DNA of 64,000 bases. It comes from an uncultured Bacteroidota bacterium (GTDB taxonomy: Bacteria > Bacteroidota > Ignavibacteria > Kryptoniales > JAKASW01). Location of the stretch: assembly GCA_963703365.1 (NCBI GenBank), contig OY969815.1, positions 1,227,263-1,291,262 of the forward strand, read 5' to 3'. The position numbers and the translations under genes were made by a program. Below are positions 17,064 through 27,088 of the stretch, piece after piece. Every line of letters starts with the position of its first letter. Positions within the stretch are counted from its first letter, which is position 1. A model generated the notes under the pieces. It did no database searches and was not told where the DNA came from. It saw only the letters and a program-made list of their open reading frames with translations.

Positions 17064-20000
17064 TCAGGCTTTCAACACTTCATGCACTTTCTTTGCAAGT
17101 ACATAAGGAGTGAATGGCTTTTGGATGAAGTCAATGCCCTCATCCAACACTCCTTGGTGTGCAATGACGTCTGCAGTGTAGCCCGACATGAAGATAGTCT
17201 TAATGTTAGGCTTTATAGTTTGGATTGTATCTCGAAGCTCTTTCCCGTTCATCGTGGGCATGATAACATCCGTCAGGAGCAAATGTATCTCACTCTCGTA
17301 GGTTTCGCAGAGCAGGATGCCCTCTTCCGGATTCAACGCAGTGAGTACTTTGTAGCCATATTCCTCCAAACTATTCTTGGCAAGTTCGAGCAAGTCGGCC
17401 TGATCCTCAACTATTAGAACCGTCCCACTACCACTTATTGGCTTCTCCATTTGAATTGCTTCAGGCTCTTCAACTTCGCCTTGATAACGCGGCAAGTAAA
17501 TCTTGAACGTCGTTCCTACGCCCATTTCACTGTAAACGTTTATACTTCCACCATTTTGTTTTACGATCCCGTACACGGTTGAGAGTCCAAGCCCCGTTCC
17601 CTGGCCCTTCGATTTCGTCGTGAAGAACGGCTCGAAAATATTCTTCATCGTCTCTTTGCTCATTCCTTTGCCAGTATCCGTAAAGCTTATCACCAGGTAT
17701 TCACCCGAAGAAAAGTCAATGCGGTTCTGAGTGTAAGCTTCATCTATGGAGGCGTTTGATGTTTCAATAGTTATTGTACCTACGTCGTCTATGGCGTCTC
17801 TCGCATTAGTTGCCAGGTTAACTAGTATTTGGTCAAGCTGGGTCTGATCTATTTTTATTTTCCATATATTCTTTTCGGGGAGGAACATCAGCTTTATGTT
17901 TTCCCCAATCAATCTCTGGAGCATTTTCTCGAGCGACTCAATCGCCTTATTTGGGTCTAACACACAGGGGGAAATGATCTCTCTTCGCGCGAACGCAAGT
18001 AGCTGCCTCGTAATATCTGCTCCACGTTTTGCGGCGGAGGCAATGAGCTCAACATAACGGTACACCGGCTCGGCATTATTCATTTTCTTCATTATCAAAT
18101 CGCTATACCCAATGATGACGCCAAGCATGTTGTTATAATCGTGCGCAACACCTCCTGCGAGTCTGCCGATGCCCTCCATCTTTTGTGCTTGTACCAATTG
18201 CTCCTCGAGTTTTTTCCTATCAGATATGTCGTATGCCGAAGCGATTATAGCATGCTTTCCCTGATAGTCTATCGCCGCGCCGCTAAAGTCTATCCATATA
18301 GCCTCTCCGGATTTCTTCATTATCTGGTATTCATAATGTTTCGGGACATCCTTGCCTCCCATGCGTTCCCCCGATCGATTCATTACAAATTCCCGATGGT
18401 CGGGATGAACAATCTCCATGGGAGCTAGCCGATAGAGCTCCTCGGCTGTATAGCCTGACATTTCCAGCGCGGCAGGATTTGCGTAAAGGAATCGTTTGCC
18501 ATCGTGGATCCAGATGGCTGCTGCCGAACCTTCAACGAGGCCGCGGAACTTTTCTTCGCTTTCACGCAGTGCGATCTCTGCATTCTTGCGCTCTGTGATG
18601 TCACGATCAATGCCAATCGTGTGTGACTTTCCTCGCCATGTAATCGGCATACCCACATACTCAATAATATTATCCTTTCCATCCGGTCGAATCCACGAGA
18701 AGGAGCCCTGATATACCATTCCCTTAGCAAGGGATTCCAAGCGATTGATATTTGCCGTGTCTTCGAGTGTTATCTGGAGTCCTAGCGTGCTTCCGAGCTG
18801 GAGCAGTTCCTCGCGACTTCGGCCTGCCATGGCAGCGTACCGTTCATTACACTCGATGAGTCTTCTCTTATAGGGATCAGGATCTTCGATGTAAATGCTA
18901 ATGCCGTCAAACACATTCTCAAACACCATGCGAAACCTCTGTTCTGACTCCCGAACCTTTTCCTCCGAGAGTTTGCGCTCGGTGATGTCACGTGAGATCC
19001 CAACGATGCCGGTGATTTCGCCCGCTTGGTCGTGCAATGGCACCTTCGTTACGGAAACCCAAGTGGGAGGGCGGTCAGTCCACAATTCCTGAGTTTCTAC
19101 GTCCACCAGAGGCTTGTGCGTTCTAATTATCTCCTGTTCTTGCTCATAAATTTCCTGTGCACCCTCTTTCGTGAAAAAGTCAAAGTCGGTTTTACCAAGA
19201 AGCTGGTCGACACTGGTCAATCCACGTTTGGCCACCATGGATGCACTCACCCGCGTGAAGTGCCCTTCTGTATCTTTGAAGTAAATGGAGTCCATCGTGT
19301 TCTCCAGAAGAGCATTTAAAAGGTATCGCTCATATGCTAACAGTAACGCAGCCTGTTTCGCATCCGTCACATCTTCATATGTCCCAAGTACGCCGACGAT
19401 CTCACCTTCAGCACTCCTTAAAGGTACCTTGTTTGTCCTGAGCCATCTAATGCCCTTATCGAAGGATTGTGGTTCCTCATAAGCTAATTTTGGAATGCTA
19501 CTCTCGATTACCTGCAGGTCGTCAGCGCGATAAAGTTCAGCCTGCTCACGCCAACCCATCTGAAAATCGTTCTTGCCGATGATTTCACCAGGTGATTCAA
19601 ATCCGGAATCCTTGGCGCAAGGCAAATTGCAGCCAAGATAAACGCCATTCCTATCTTTCCAGAAAACACGCACTGGTACAGTGTCCAAAACTGTTCTCAG
19701 CATTTGCTGCGATTCACGAAGAGCAATCTCTGCATTCTTACGCTTGGTGATGTCGCGATCAATACCAATCACCATCTCATGTCCCCCTATATTGACAATC
19801 GATGTAGAGAACTCGACAAGAAGGATATGTCCATCTTTATGGCGGTGGGGGGTCTCCATGTGGATAGTACCTTCTTGCCTAAGGTTCTTAAAATAGGTGA
19901 TGCGCTCCTCACGTGTTCCCCTTGTTACATTGAGTATATCAATGGACTGGCCGATCAGTTCTTCACGTGTGTAACCATTCATCTTACAGGCTGCTTCATT

Positions 20001-21548
20001 GCAGTCGACGATCGGCCATGAGATGGTTGGATTATTGGGATCGATTAATACGATGGCATCAGGCGAGGCATTGAACAAACCTCGGAATAACTGTTCCCCT
20101 TCACGCAGCGCTTTCTCTGCGCGCTTGCTCTCAGTAATATCGTGTACTGACCCGACAAGATGCGTACATCGTCCTCCAGCGTCAAGAACAGGGGCAATAC
20201 TTACATCACCGGTCAATTGTCCGTTTGGGTATTCAGAAGTCTCTTCCCATCGGACAATTGAATTCTCTTCAATTGCCTGCCGATATTTTGCCAGAACCAT
20301 CGAAAGAGAGGGCTCGGGGATAATTTCGTTGACCAATTTTCCGACTACCATTTCCTCGTTCAATCCTGTGACGTTACGGAATGCCTGGTTAACCGAAATA
20401 AACCGATAACTGCCGTTGGCCTCAACTGCCAAGCGAAAAATTACATCCCCGACAGTATCGTAGATGGAGGAAAGTTGACGTTCGCTTTTCTGCAATGCTT
20501 CTTCTGCCCGCTTCCGTTCATGCTCAGCTTGGTACATCTTCCGATAGGTGCCGGCCTGTCTGTGACGGTAAGCGTAAGCGGTCGCAGTGACCGAAATGGC
20601 GATGAAGAGGACTACGAGGAGCATCGCTACGCCGCCTCGATACTTTGCCTCGGCAAGAATTTCATTTGCGTCAACTTTCGCGACCATAAACCATGGGGTG
20701 TTCGAAACGGGGCGAAGATCTGCGAGGACTTCCTCTCCTCGATAGTCCTTTCCTTCAAACATTCCGACCTTTCCCAATGCCGCTTGCACCGCCGGTATCG
20801 TTGTTGAGGTGAGGGGCATGCTGAGTGAAAGCGCGGCGCCCGGATTATACCGCAGGTTGTTTAAAAAGACGACATGATCTCCTCTTTTCTCCAGCAGAAG
20901 CGTCTCGGCACTCCGACTTGGTATCGGCCATGAATTAATAAGAGGGTAAAGGAATTTATCTGCATCGCTTCGCAGAACGACGACAGCAGCAGTCTTGCCT
21001 GATTCGCCAAGGATGGGAGCCATGGCGTCTATATGGACTGTTCCGCTTACTCCGCGGAAGAGATCAGTCATTACCGGTTTGCGTTCTAAAACCGCTTCAT
21101 TGAAGGCATCTTTCTCGGATGCATCCATAACAGATGGTGGGAGGCCGGCAGAGACAAGTGTTTGACGGGCTGTATCGAGGATAAATGCGTCGCTGTAGAG
21201 CCCGACCGTGTCTTCCAGATCGAGTCGTTCCTGAACGGATCTGCGGAGTTGCGGATTAGCTGGTGCGTTGACCAAATTAAGAATAGCCCTTGCGTAAAAC
21301 GGACTTCTTGAAAGCACGCTCGCGTCGGCAAGCCGCTCCAAACGCCAGCTTTCGATTTGCCTGACTTTCAGTTCTGCAACAGAGGCTATCTCGTCATACT
21401 TCTCGCGGCGAATTCTGTCTTTCTCTGCGCGGTAGTATAAAAACCCAGCTACGATAAGCGCAATGCTAATGAGAAGCAAAAAGGGAATCCAAATTCGTCG
21501 CATCAGGGATGTACCTTGATTCGTTCGTTCCATGGTCAGCAATTCCAA
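17064..21548 (-). CDS. Membrane hybrid sensor histidine kinase: Cache-like periplasmic domain, about six PAS/PAC domains, HisKA/HATPase and REC
   Basis: Two TM helices; repeated DIT-x-RK PAC ends; GRLAGGVAHDYNN, NLATNARDA, FEPFFTTK, GTGLGL; REC LLLTDVIMP…KPF; true start probably a few codons inside. Confidence 0.93.
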   Translation of the reverse strand: MELLTMERTNQGTSLMRRIWIPFLLLISIALIVAGFLYYRAEKDRIRREKYDEIASVAELKVRQIESWRLERLADASVLSRSPFYARAILNLVNAPANPQLRRSVQERLDLEDTVGLYSDAFILDTARQTLVSAGLPPSVMDASEKDAFNEAVLERKPVMTDLFRGVSGTVHIDAMAPILGESGKTAAVVVLRSDADKFLYPLINSWPIPSRSAETLLLEKRGDHVVFLNNLRYNPGAALSLSMPLTSTTIPAVQAALGKVGMFEGKDYRGEEVLADLRPVSNTPWFMVAKVDANEILAEAKYRGGVAMLLVVLFIAISVTATAYAYRHRQAGTYRKMYQAEHERKRAEEALQKSERQLSSIYDTVGDVIFRLAVEANGSYRFISVNQAFRNVTGLNEEMVVGKLVNEIIPEPSLSMVLAKYRQAIEENSIVRWEETSEYPNGQLTGDVSIAPVLDAGGRCTHLVGSVHDITESKRAEKALREGEQLFRGLFNASPDAIVLIDPNNPTISWPIVDCNEAACKMNGYTREELIGQSIDILNVTRGTREERITYFKNLRQEGTIHMETPHRHKDGHILLVEFSTSIVNIGGHEMVIGIDRDITKRKNAEIALRESQQMLRTVLDTVPVRVFWKDRNGVYLGCNLPCAKDSGFESPGEIIGKNDFQMGWREQAELYRADDLQVIESSIPKLAYEEPQSFDKGIRWLRTNKVPLRSAEGEIVGVLGTYEDVTDAKQAALLLAYERYLLNALLENTMDSIYFKDTEGHFTRVSASMVAKRGLTSVDQLLGKTDFDFFTKEGAQEIYEQEQEIIRTHKPLVDVETQELWTDRPPTWVSVTKVPLHDQAGEITGIVGISRDITERKLSEEKVRESEQRFRMVFENVFDGISIYIEDPDPYKRRLIECNERYAAMAGRSREELLQLGSTLGLQITLEDTANINRLESLAKGMVYQGSFSWIRPDGKDNIIEYVGMPITWRGKSHTIGIDRDITERKNAEIALRESEEKFRGLVEGSAAAIWIHDGKRFLYANPAALEMSGYTAEELYRLAPMEIVHPDHREFVMNRSGERMGGKDVPKHYEYQIMKKSGEAIWIDFSGAAIDYQGKHAIIASAYDISDRKKLEEQLVQAQKMEGIGRLAGGVAHDYNNMLGVIIGYSDLIMKKMNNAEPVYRYVELIASAAKRGADITRQLLAFARREIISPCVLDPNKAIESLEKMLQRLIGENIKLMFLPEKNIWKIKIDQTQLDQILVNLATNARDAIDDVGTITIETSNASIDEAYTQNRIDFSSGEYLVISFTDTGKGMSKETMKNIFEPFFTTKSKGQGTGLGLSTVYGIVKQNGGSINVYSEMGVGTTFKIYLPRYQGEVEEPEAIQMEKPISGSGTVLIVEDQADLLELAKNSLEEYGYKVLTALNPEEGILLCETYESEIHLLLTDVIMPTMNGKELRDTIQTIKPNIKTIFMSGYTADVIAHQGVLDEGIDFIQKPFTPYVLAKKVHEVLKA

Positions 21549-21964
21549 AATTCAAACGCTCGATTCATCTCGGACGTTCCCGCAACGAACCGCTCCCGTG
21601 ATAGTAACACGTTTGCAGTGTTCGTCAGCCACAATACATAGGCAAGTTTTGCGTTCGGCGCTTTGTTGATGTCAATTTCAGCCCAGTTGCCTAAGGCTGC
21701 CAATTCGACAAAACTAGCATTTGCCGAAACGGACGCGCTTGTGAAATTGGTTATGAACCTGACGATAATCGTAGATCCAATTTGCGGGGAAGTTATGTTT
21801 GTAAGATCGGTAATATATCGGTCATTGCCTGGAATAAAGCTTCTTGGCTTTCGACAGACAAAAGTTTTTCCTCTCCCATGGTAAAATATGATATCGCCAA
21901 GCGAGCCGCTCAATTTACCTAGTAATGTTTCGTCTACCTGTGCCATCCTAATCTTCTTTTCCAA
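21536..21964 (-). CDS. Hypothetical protein or remnant; N-terminus resembles the G-x-LSG-x-x-G-x-x-x-FY-x-x-x-GKT motif of Bacteroidota DUF6266-like proteins
   Basis: LLGKLSGSLGDIIFYHGRGKTFVCRKP; the remainder is unrecognisable. Confidence 0.4.
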   Translation of the reverse strand: MEKKIRMAQVDETLLGKLSGSLGDIIFYHGRGKTFVCRKPRSFIPGNDRYITDLTNITSPQIGSTIIVRFITNFTSASVSANASFVELAALGNWAEIDINKAPNAKLAYVLWLTNTANVLLSRERFVAGTSEMNRAFEFWNC

Positions 21965-22428
21965 AACGCATCTTTTCGTTATGGAGTACCTCTGCCTGAG
22001 GCAGTTATTCCCAACTTTACAGGCTAATTTAACCTTAAGATATGACTAATTAAAGCGCAAGGTGAGCAAAATCACAATGCAAGTATCGGAAGTTAATGCG
22101 GAACATAACGACGTGAAAGGCCGAAGAAGATGTCTGCAATGAGGAGAGAAACGGGTATATTGCTTCCCATGGAGATGAGACAAATAGATGGTTCAGAGAA
22201 CGCCTTATCAAGTGTATCACGAAATGTGGGGATATTCATTCGCTATTATAATATGGCAGTCCTGTAGATTAAATCTCCTCAATGCGTTCTTTGTACAGGG
22301 CAAAATCTGGATTTTGGCGAGTAACACATAATAAAGGAGGTGTAACGATGAACTATATTATTAATGGAGTCGTGAAAATGGGTTAACTTTGGTTGGCGCC
22401 TCGAAGATTCGGCAGTGCTTCGGGTTAG

Positions 22429-23506
22429 TTACTTTGGCGGAAATGCAAGAACGATATTCATTTCAGTATCAGTGGCAAACTCAACTTCTTTCGTCCGGAC
22501 TGGAACTAGAAACTTGCTCCCTAATTTCAAGTCGTGTCGGTCCTTTCCACTCGTAATCGTCCCGGCTCCCACTAGTGACGATACCCACATAGAAAGTATT
22601 TGAGCTCCTAATAAATCGACTCGTCACCTTTAGGCGATTCACGGAGAAACACCTAATCTGTCTTTCGTCTATCAGAATACTCTCCACGCCGCCGTCCTGT
22701 TGAGTCAGCGTTCTCGGAGGGCAAAAATAGTCTTGCCTGATCTGCTTCAATTTACGGGGTGAGAAATCAATCATGTCCATCGCAAAATCTATGCTGCGAC
22801 CCATGAATCGCGCTGCCTCAGGTAGGATGTATCCGCCTCTCTCGAACTCTAACCTAACAACGAAGTCGGTGGGTTCCATTATCTCGATCATGAATATGCC
22901 CTCACCAATGGCATGGGGCAGCCCACCGGGGACAATGAAGACATCGCCCGTCCGGACCGGAATTTTCTCGAAGCATGAAAGCAGTTTTGTTGTGTCTTGG
23001 TTCATTACCGCATTCTTGAATTCTTCCCTTGGAATGGGATGTTGGAACCCCAGATAGATGAATGGCTCCTCAATATCCTTGCGGCTTCCAAGAATAATGT
23101 ATGCTTCGGTCTTCCCTGAATTGCTTTGTAGATATTTCCCGGCAAATTCAACGGTCGGATGGGCCTGGATATGTAAGCGAATGACGGAGTCGAGGAGCTT
23201 AACGAGGAATTGGGAATTCGCTCCATACTTCCGAAAGTGTTCAGGTCCTAACAGATCGTCAGGAAAGCGTTCCATGATATCTTTCAGTTTATGTACCACT
23301 CCGTCGATCTCGACCATGGAGAGCCCTTCTTCCTGAATATTTTCCCTACCTGCATTTACAGCAAGCGTCGTCGACGCAATCCAATCTTCAGGAAAATGAC
23401 CGTCTTTCGGATTGATTTTTCCCTCGAGGGTATCGAGAGTCTTCCCTCCGAGATACGTCCGCCAGACCCTGTTCGGCGGCAGCATGATGATATCGGGTAT
23501 TCTCAT
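22429..23506 (-). pseudogene. Class I mannose-6-phosphate-isomerase-like cupin with a +1 frameshift near the C-terminus
   Basis: LVKLLDS-x-IRLHIQAHP, GKTEAY, PGGLPHAIG, EI-x-EPTD; removing one base at 22568-22570 restores SGAGTI…LKLGSKFLVP…FPPK*. Confidence 0.75.
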
Positions 23507-23516
23507 AGAGCCATGG

Positions 23517-25733
23517 TCACTGGATAAAGAAAACCATCACGCCGTTCTTTGGAACGTTCAAGGGTATCGATACAATTTCACCATCTTTTTTGAATGGAAT
23601 GTTTTCATTAGTGAGAATTTCTTTCAGGCTCGCGACTTTCAATTTTCCAACATTAATCTCCAAAGTTCCCGACTTTGGCAGATCGTCTGAGTTGATTAGG
23701 TAGACGACAATCTTGTCTTTGAAAGTGTGTACCTTAAGGCTGACAAATTCATAATCATCTGAAATGAATCTCGCGTCCTGAGTTACGCCGGCATTGGAAG
23801 CCAAATCAAGTATCAGCTTGTTGACAGGGTTGTCCGGCATATCTAAGTAGCTGGCGCCCAGCGAAACGGCACTCAAAACGGCAGTTCCTTTCCCGAAATG
23901 GTTTTCGATGACGGCCGGTGTACTGTCGTCGGCAAAAGTGCCCAGAACTGTGACACTTTCTATCGGTTGCAGTTGATCTCTAAAATACTTTCCGTCAAAC
24001 TGAAAATCTTGTTCGCCGGGCAGATGCATTTTGACTGTGAAGTATGTTTTCCGGCCGATCCAATCTGGCCTCACCGCGCCGAACAGTGAATCCAATCCGG
24101 CACCGGGGCTGGTTTTATATGCAAAGTCAAGCTCATCTATCGTTGCAGTTCGGGCGTCGGCGACGAGGCAGCCACCTTGTCGAACATACTCTTTGAGCAT
24201 GTCCGCAATCTCACGACGCATCACAATCTGGAATGGAAGATAAATGATCTTGTACTGCTTCAGAGTTTCCAGTGTGATTGCTCGATCCATCCTAAGGAAG
24301 TCGACTGAAATATTTCCCTCGAACAGTGCTTTGAACAATCCGGCGTTGCTTTCGTACATGAACTTATTGGTCGCCATTTCTGTGGTTTGCTCGAGCGTCT
24401 TCAAAAGTCCGACCATATCGACGAGGATTGCAACCTGCGCCTTCTTCGGCTGTGCCTGATAGAGATCGCTTCCGTACTGTTCCATGGCGGCGCCCAATTC
24501 CTTCACTGCCTCGCCTCGGGGAGCAAGTTCGCCGTCGACTTGGCATAGTCCTCTTCCAAGCGATTGCCGCCCGCGCATGAACGGAGACCATTTCCAGTAG
24601 ATCATGCCTTTGCAGTCATTTGCCAATGCGGTCCATGCGAGGAGCTTCACGAAATCTTTCGTGAGGTAGCCGTTCAGCGCAAGACCGTTTTGGGAATTCG
24701 TGTAGAGTTCCGTCAGGATATAGCTTTTCGTCCTGGCTGAAGACCGGATCGTGTTAAACGTAAGATTGTGCAGCCAGAAGGGCATCGGCTCCAGATTGTG
24801 GTCGCGTTCCCAGATATCCGGATAGTATGAGATGCCATGGATATCGTTCTCGTCGGCAATGGGAAGGTCATCGATATTATATCCTCCGAACGAGTTGAAG
24901 TTCGCCCAGGGAGTGCTAACCGGATTCGCTGTGATTGGATGAAGAGTATCGTACTTCCTCAATGTTTGCTTCAGTTCTCCGAGTAGTATACCATTCAGAT
25001 CGTTCCTAAATAATATCCAGTCGATCTGGGGCATGGAAGAATCCCAGTTATCATTCAGAAAGGGAGTCACCTCATCCCAGCTTGTGTATTCTTTTCCCCA
25101 TGCTCTTCGGAGTGCCGCGAGAGTTGCGTATTTTTGCTTGAGCCATTCGTGGAATCTCGTAATGACATGGTTTGCATCTGAACTGTAATGAGGTTCATTC
25201 CAGATGTTGTAGAAACTAAGCGCCGGGCTTTTTCCGTATCTCTGGATCACGGCTTTGAAGTATTCTTCGATGAACGGAAAAACTCTCTGGTCGGCGAAGT
25301 CAACGTTTTCGCGGTTGTTCCTGTTGCCATTGTCCAGGTCGTACTCCTCCCACATTCCCGGAATATCCTTGAATTTCCAGATCGGGAAGTAGTGGCTACA
25401 CTGTTCCTCCTTCAGCATTAAAGGAACGAATTTCATCCCCGACTCTTCGATTTTCTTTATCAGGTAATCCGTCCTGGTCCAAAGGAGTTTCTTTGTACCC
25501 GGATTCCATTGGCTCATAGGGAAAATCATGACATCCGTGATATGAGATGCCTTCATCAGAGCAATGTCCCTATCTACTTGCGCGAAGAACTTCGCGTCCG
25601 TTGAAAATTCTTCGTGAAAAATATTGTAGACTGTGCCGACGATTATCGTCTCAGGCGTCTGTGCCAATACCAGCGCTCCAGGGAGCAAGCACATGAATGC
25701 CAAAATGATTTTAAATAAATTTCTCATTCTCAT
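23517..25733 (-). CDS. Secreted GH42-like beta-galactosidase with trimerisation domain
   Basis: Signal peptide; YNIWNEP acid/base, LTEL nucleophile; F-x-x-WL-x-x-KY-x-TL-x-x-L-x-x-AWG; N-x-x-GKG-x-A. Confidence 0.85.
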   Translation of the reverse strand: MRMRNLFKIILAFMCLLPGALVLAQTPETIIVGTVYNIFHEEFSTDAKFFAQVDRDIALMKASHITDVMIFPMSQWNPGTKKLLWTRTDYLIKKIEESGMKFVPLMLKEEQCSHYFPIWKFKDIPGMWEEYDLDNGNRNNRENVDFADQRVFPFIEEYFKAVIQRYGKSPALSFYNIWNEPHYSSDANHVITRFHEWLKQKYATLAALRRAWGKEYTSWDEVTPFLNDNWDSSMPQIDWILFRNDLNGILLGELKQTLRKYDTLHPITANPVSTPWANFNSFGGYNIDDLPIADENDIHGISYYPDIWERDHNLEPMPFWLHNLTFNTIRSSARTKSYILTELYTNSQNGLALNGYLTKDFVKLLAWTALANDCKGMIYWKWSPFMRGRQSLGRGLCQVDGELAPRGEAVKELGAAMEQYGSDLYQAQPKKAQVAILVDMVGLLKTLEQTTEMATNKFMYESNAGLFKALFEGNISVDFLRMDRAITLETLKQYKIIYLPFQIVMRREIADMLKEYVRQGGCLVADARTATIDELDFAYKTSPGAGLDSLFGAVRPDWIGRKTYFTVKMHLPGEQDFQFDGKYFRDQLQPIESVTVLGTFADDSTPAVIENHFGKGTAVLSAVSLGASYLDMPDNPVNKLILDLASNAGVTQDARFISDDYEFVSLKVHTFKDKIVVYLINSDDLPKSGTLEINVGKLKVASLKEILTNENIPFKKDGEIVSIPLNVPKNGVMVFFIQ

Positions 25734-25866
25734 TTACCTCGATATCTGTTGAGTCGTATCCGGATTGAAATCGGAACCATGTCATAGTGTATCGTAAATT
25801 TGTCTGCCGATTTCATGGCTGGAGCGTATTGGGAGCGCACTTATACCTCATAGTCTCTGTCCGGAC

Positions 25867-26817
25867 TTATATACCATTTTTTCCCGATTCCAGTTCTTTA
25901 TAATAATCCAAATGTTCCAGGATCTTGTTCCATGGATCGAATTCGAGTCCGAAATCATTTTTCATGTCGGAGACGTCGAATAGAGTTACCTTTTCGCTCC
26001 ATCCTCTGTCTTCGACCTCGATCTTACTCTTCGAATTGAATCTTCTGATCGCCTCATTTCCTATCTTTTCCCAGGGGACGAAATCCTTCGATAGCCCGAA
26101 GTACGTTTTTCTGTTTACCTCGCTTTCCAAAATTTTCAAATAGAGCTTTGCCAGATCTCCCGCCCAAATGAATTGTGTGCCATCATTCTTTGTAACCTTT
26201 ACTGGTTTATTATTGATTACGTTGCTGACTATTTGCCGGAACCTCGTCTCTCCCTGAGTGCTGCCTCCTTTGATTACCGGGTTTCCGAAGGTGTATCCGG
26301 GTCTGATAATGTTTATTCGCATCTTTGATTGATACGACTGCGCCAAAAGAAAATTCTCGCTCGCTGCTTTTGTCGCGCCATAGAACGTTGTCGGATGCTG
26401 CTTCGTTGTCGTATGCACATTGCCTATCAGTCCGCTGGTCTTGTTTTCCTCAATCATATATACGTTGTCATTCACCGCGGTGGACGATGTATAAATAAAA
26501 TGTTTTACTCCGGCTTTTGTGGCCATGTCGGAAATGAAAACCGTTGGAAGAGTGTCGTCCTCCAGAACTTCCCAACCTGTTTTTCGGGTATACTTCAGCG
26601 CAACGAGAATGCAGGCGTCCTTGCCGCGAACCATGTCCTGGATCACTTGTCTGTTGGAAATGTCTGCCTCAACAATCTCAATTCCCTTCACTTTGTTAAG
26701 CTCGGGCACTTTATTTTTATTCCTTGCCAGTATCGATACTTTGTGGCCGTGCTTGACAAGTTCCATTGCAACATACGATCCGATAAAACCGGTTCCTCCA
26801 GTTAAAAAGACATCCAT
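25867..26817 (-). CDS. NAD-dependent epimerase/dehydratase (extended SDR)
   Basis: TGGTGFIG, YTSS, YGATK. Confidence 0.9.
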   Translation of the reverse strand: MDVFLTGGTGFIGSYVAMELVKHGHKVSILARNKNKVPELNKVKGIEIVEADISNRQVIQDMVRGKDACILVALKYTRKTGWEVLEDDTLPTVFISDMATKAGVKHFIYTSSTAVNDNVYMIEENKTSGLIGNVHTTTKQHPTTFYGATKAASENFLLAQSYQSKMRINIIRPGYTFGNPVIKGGSTQGETRFRQIVSNVINNKPVKVTKNDGTQFIWAGDLAKLYLKILESEVNRKTYFGLSKDFVPWEKIGNEAIRRFNSKSKIEVEDRGWSEKVTLFDVSDMKNDFGLEFDPWNKILEHLDYYKELESGKNGI

Positions 26818-27088
26818 GAATTGCTCCTTTAGTATTGCTGTTCTTTTGCATTAAGTTAACAACACGCCATGTTGAATAAAACGACACGGCATCTTGTCTT
26901 ACAAAACCGGGAATCGAGCAATCTGATAACATAAATCTTCCGAGTCTCCAGTTGCTTCTTAAACTCTGGATTTGTAATATCTTCCGTTGGAAAATTATTG
27001 ATTTCACCCAAGATACTTTTCATCATGGTCGCCGGAGAGGATCTCTCAAAAGGTTCTCGCTGGCCGAAACTCACGGAGGAAATATCCC

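Noticed and set aside
21991-22005. Additional copy of the twin-hairpin element (CTGCC-TGA-GGCAG)
   Set aside because: Only one 5-bp-stem hairpin is present; too short to distinguish from chance
22396-22411. Possible att duplication of the tRNA-Arg 3' end (GCGCCTCGAAGATTCG vs GCGCCTGGAGGGATTCG)
   Set aside because: Short, gapped and mismatched, with no integrase in the window; compatible with chance
26856-27074. 72-aa minus-strand ORF upstream of the epimerase
   Set aside because: No recognisable motif or good start; it may be a gene remnant but cannot be supported
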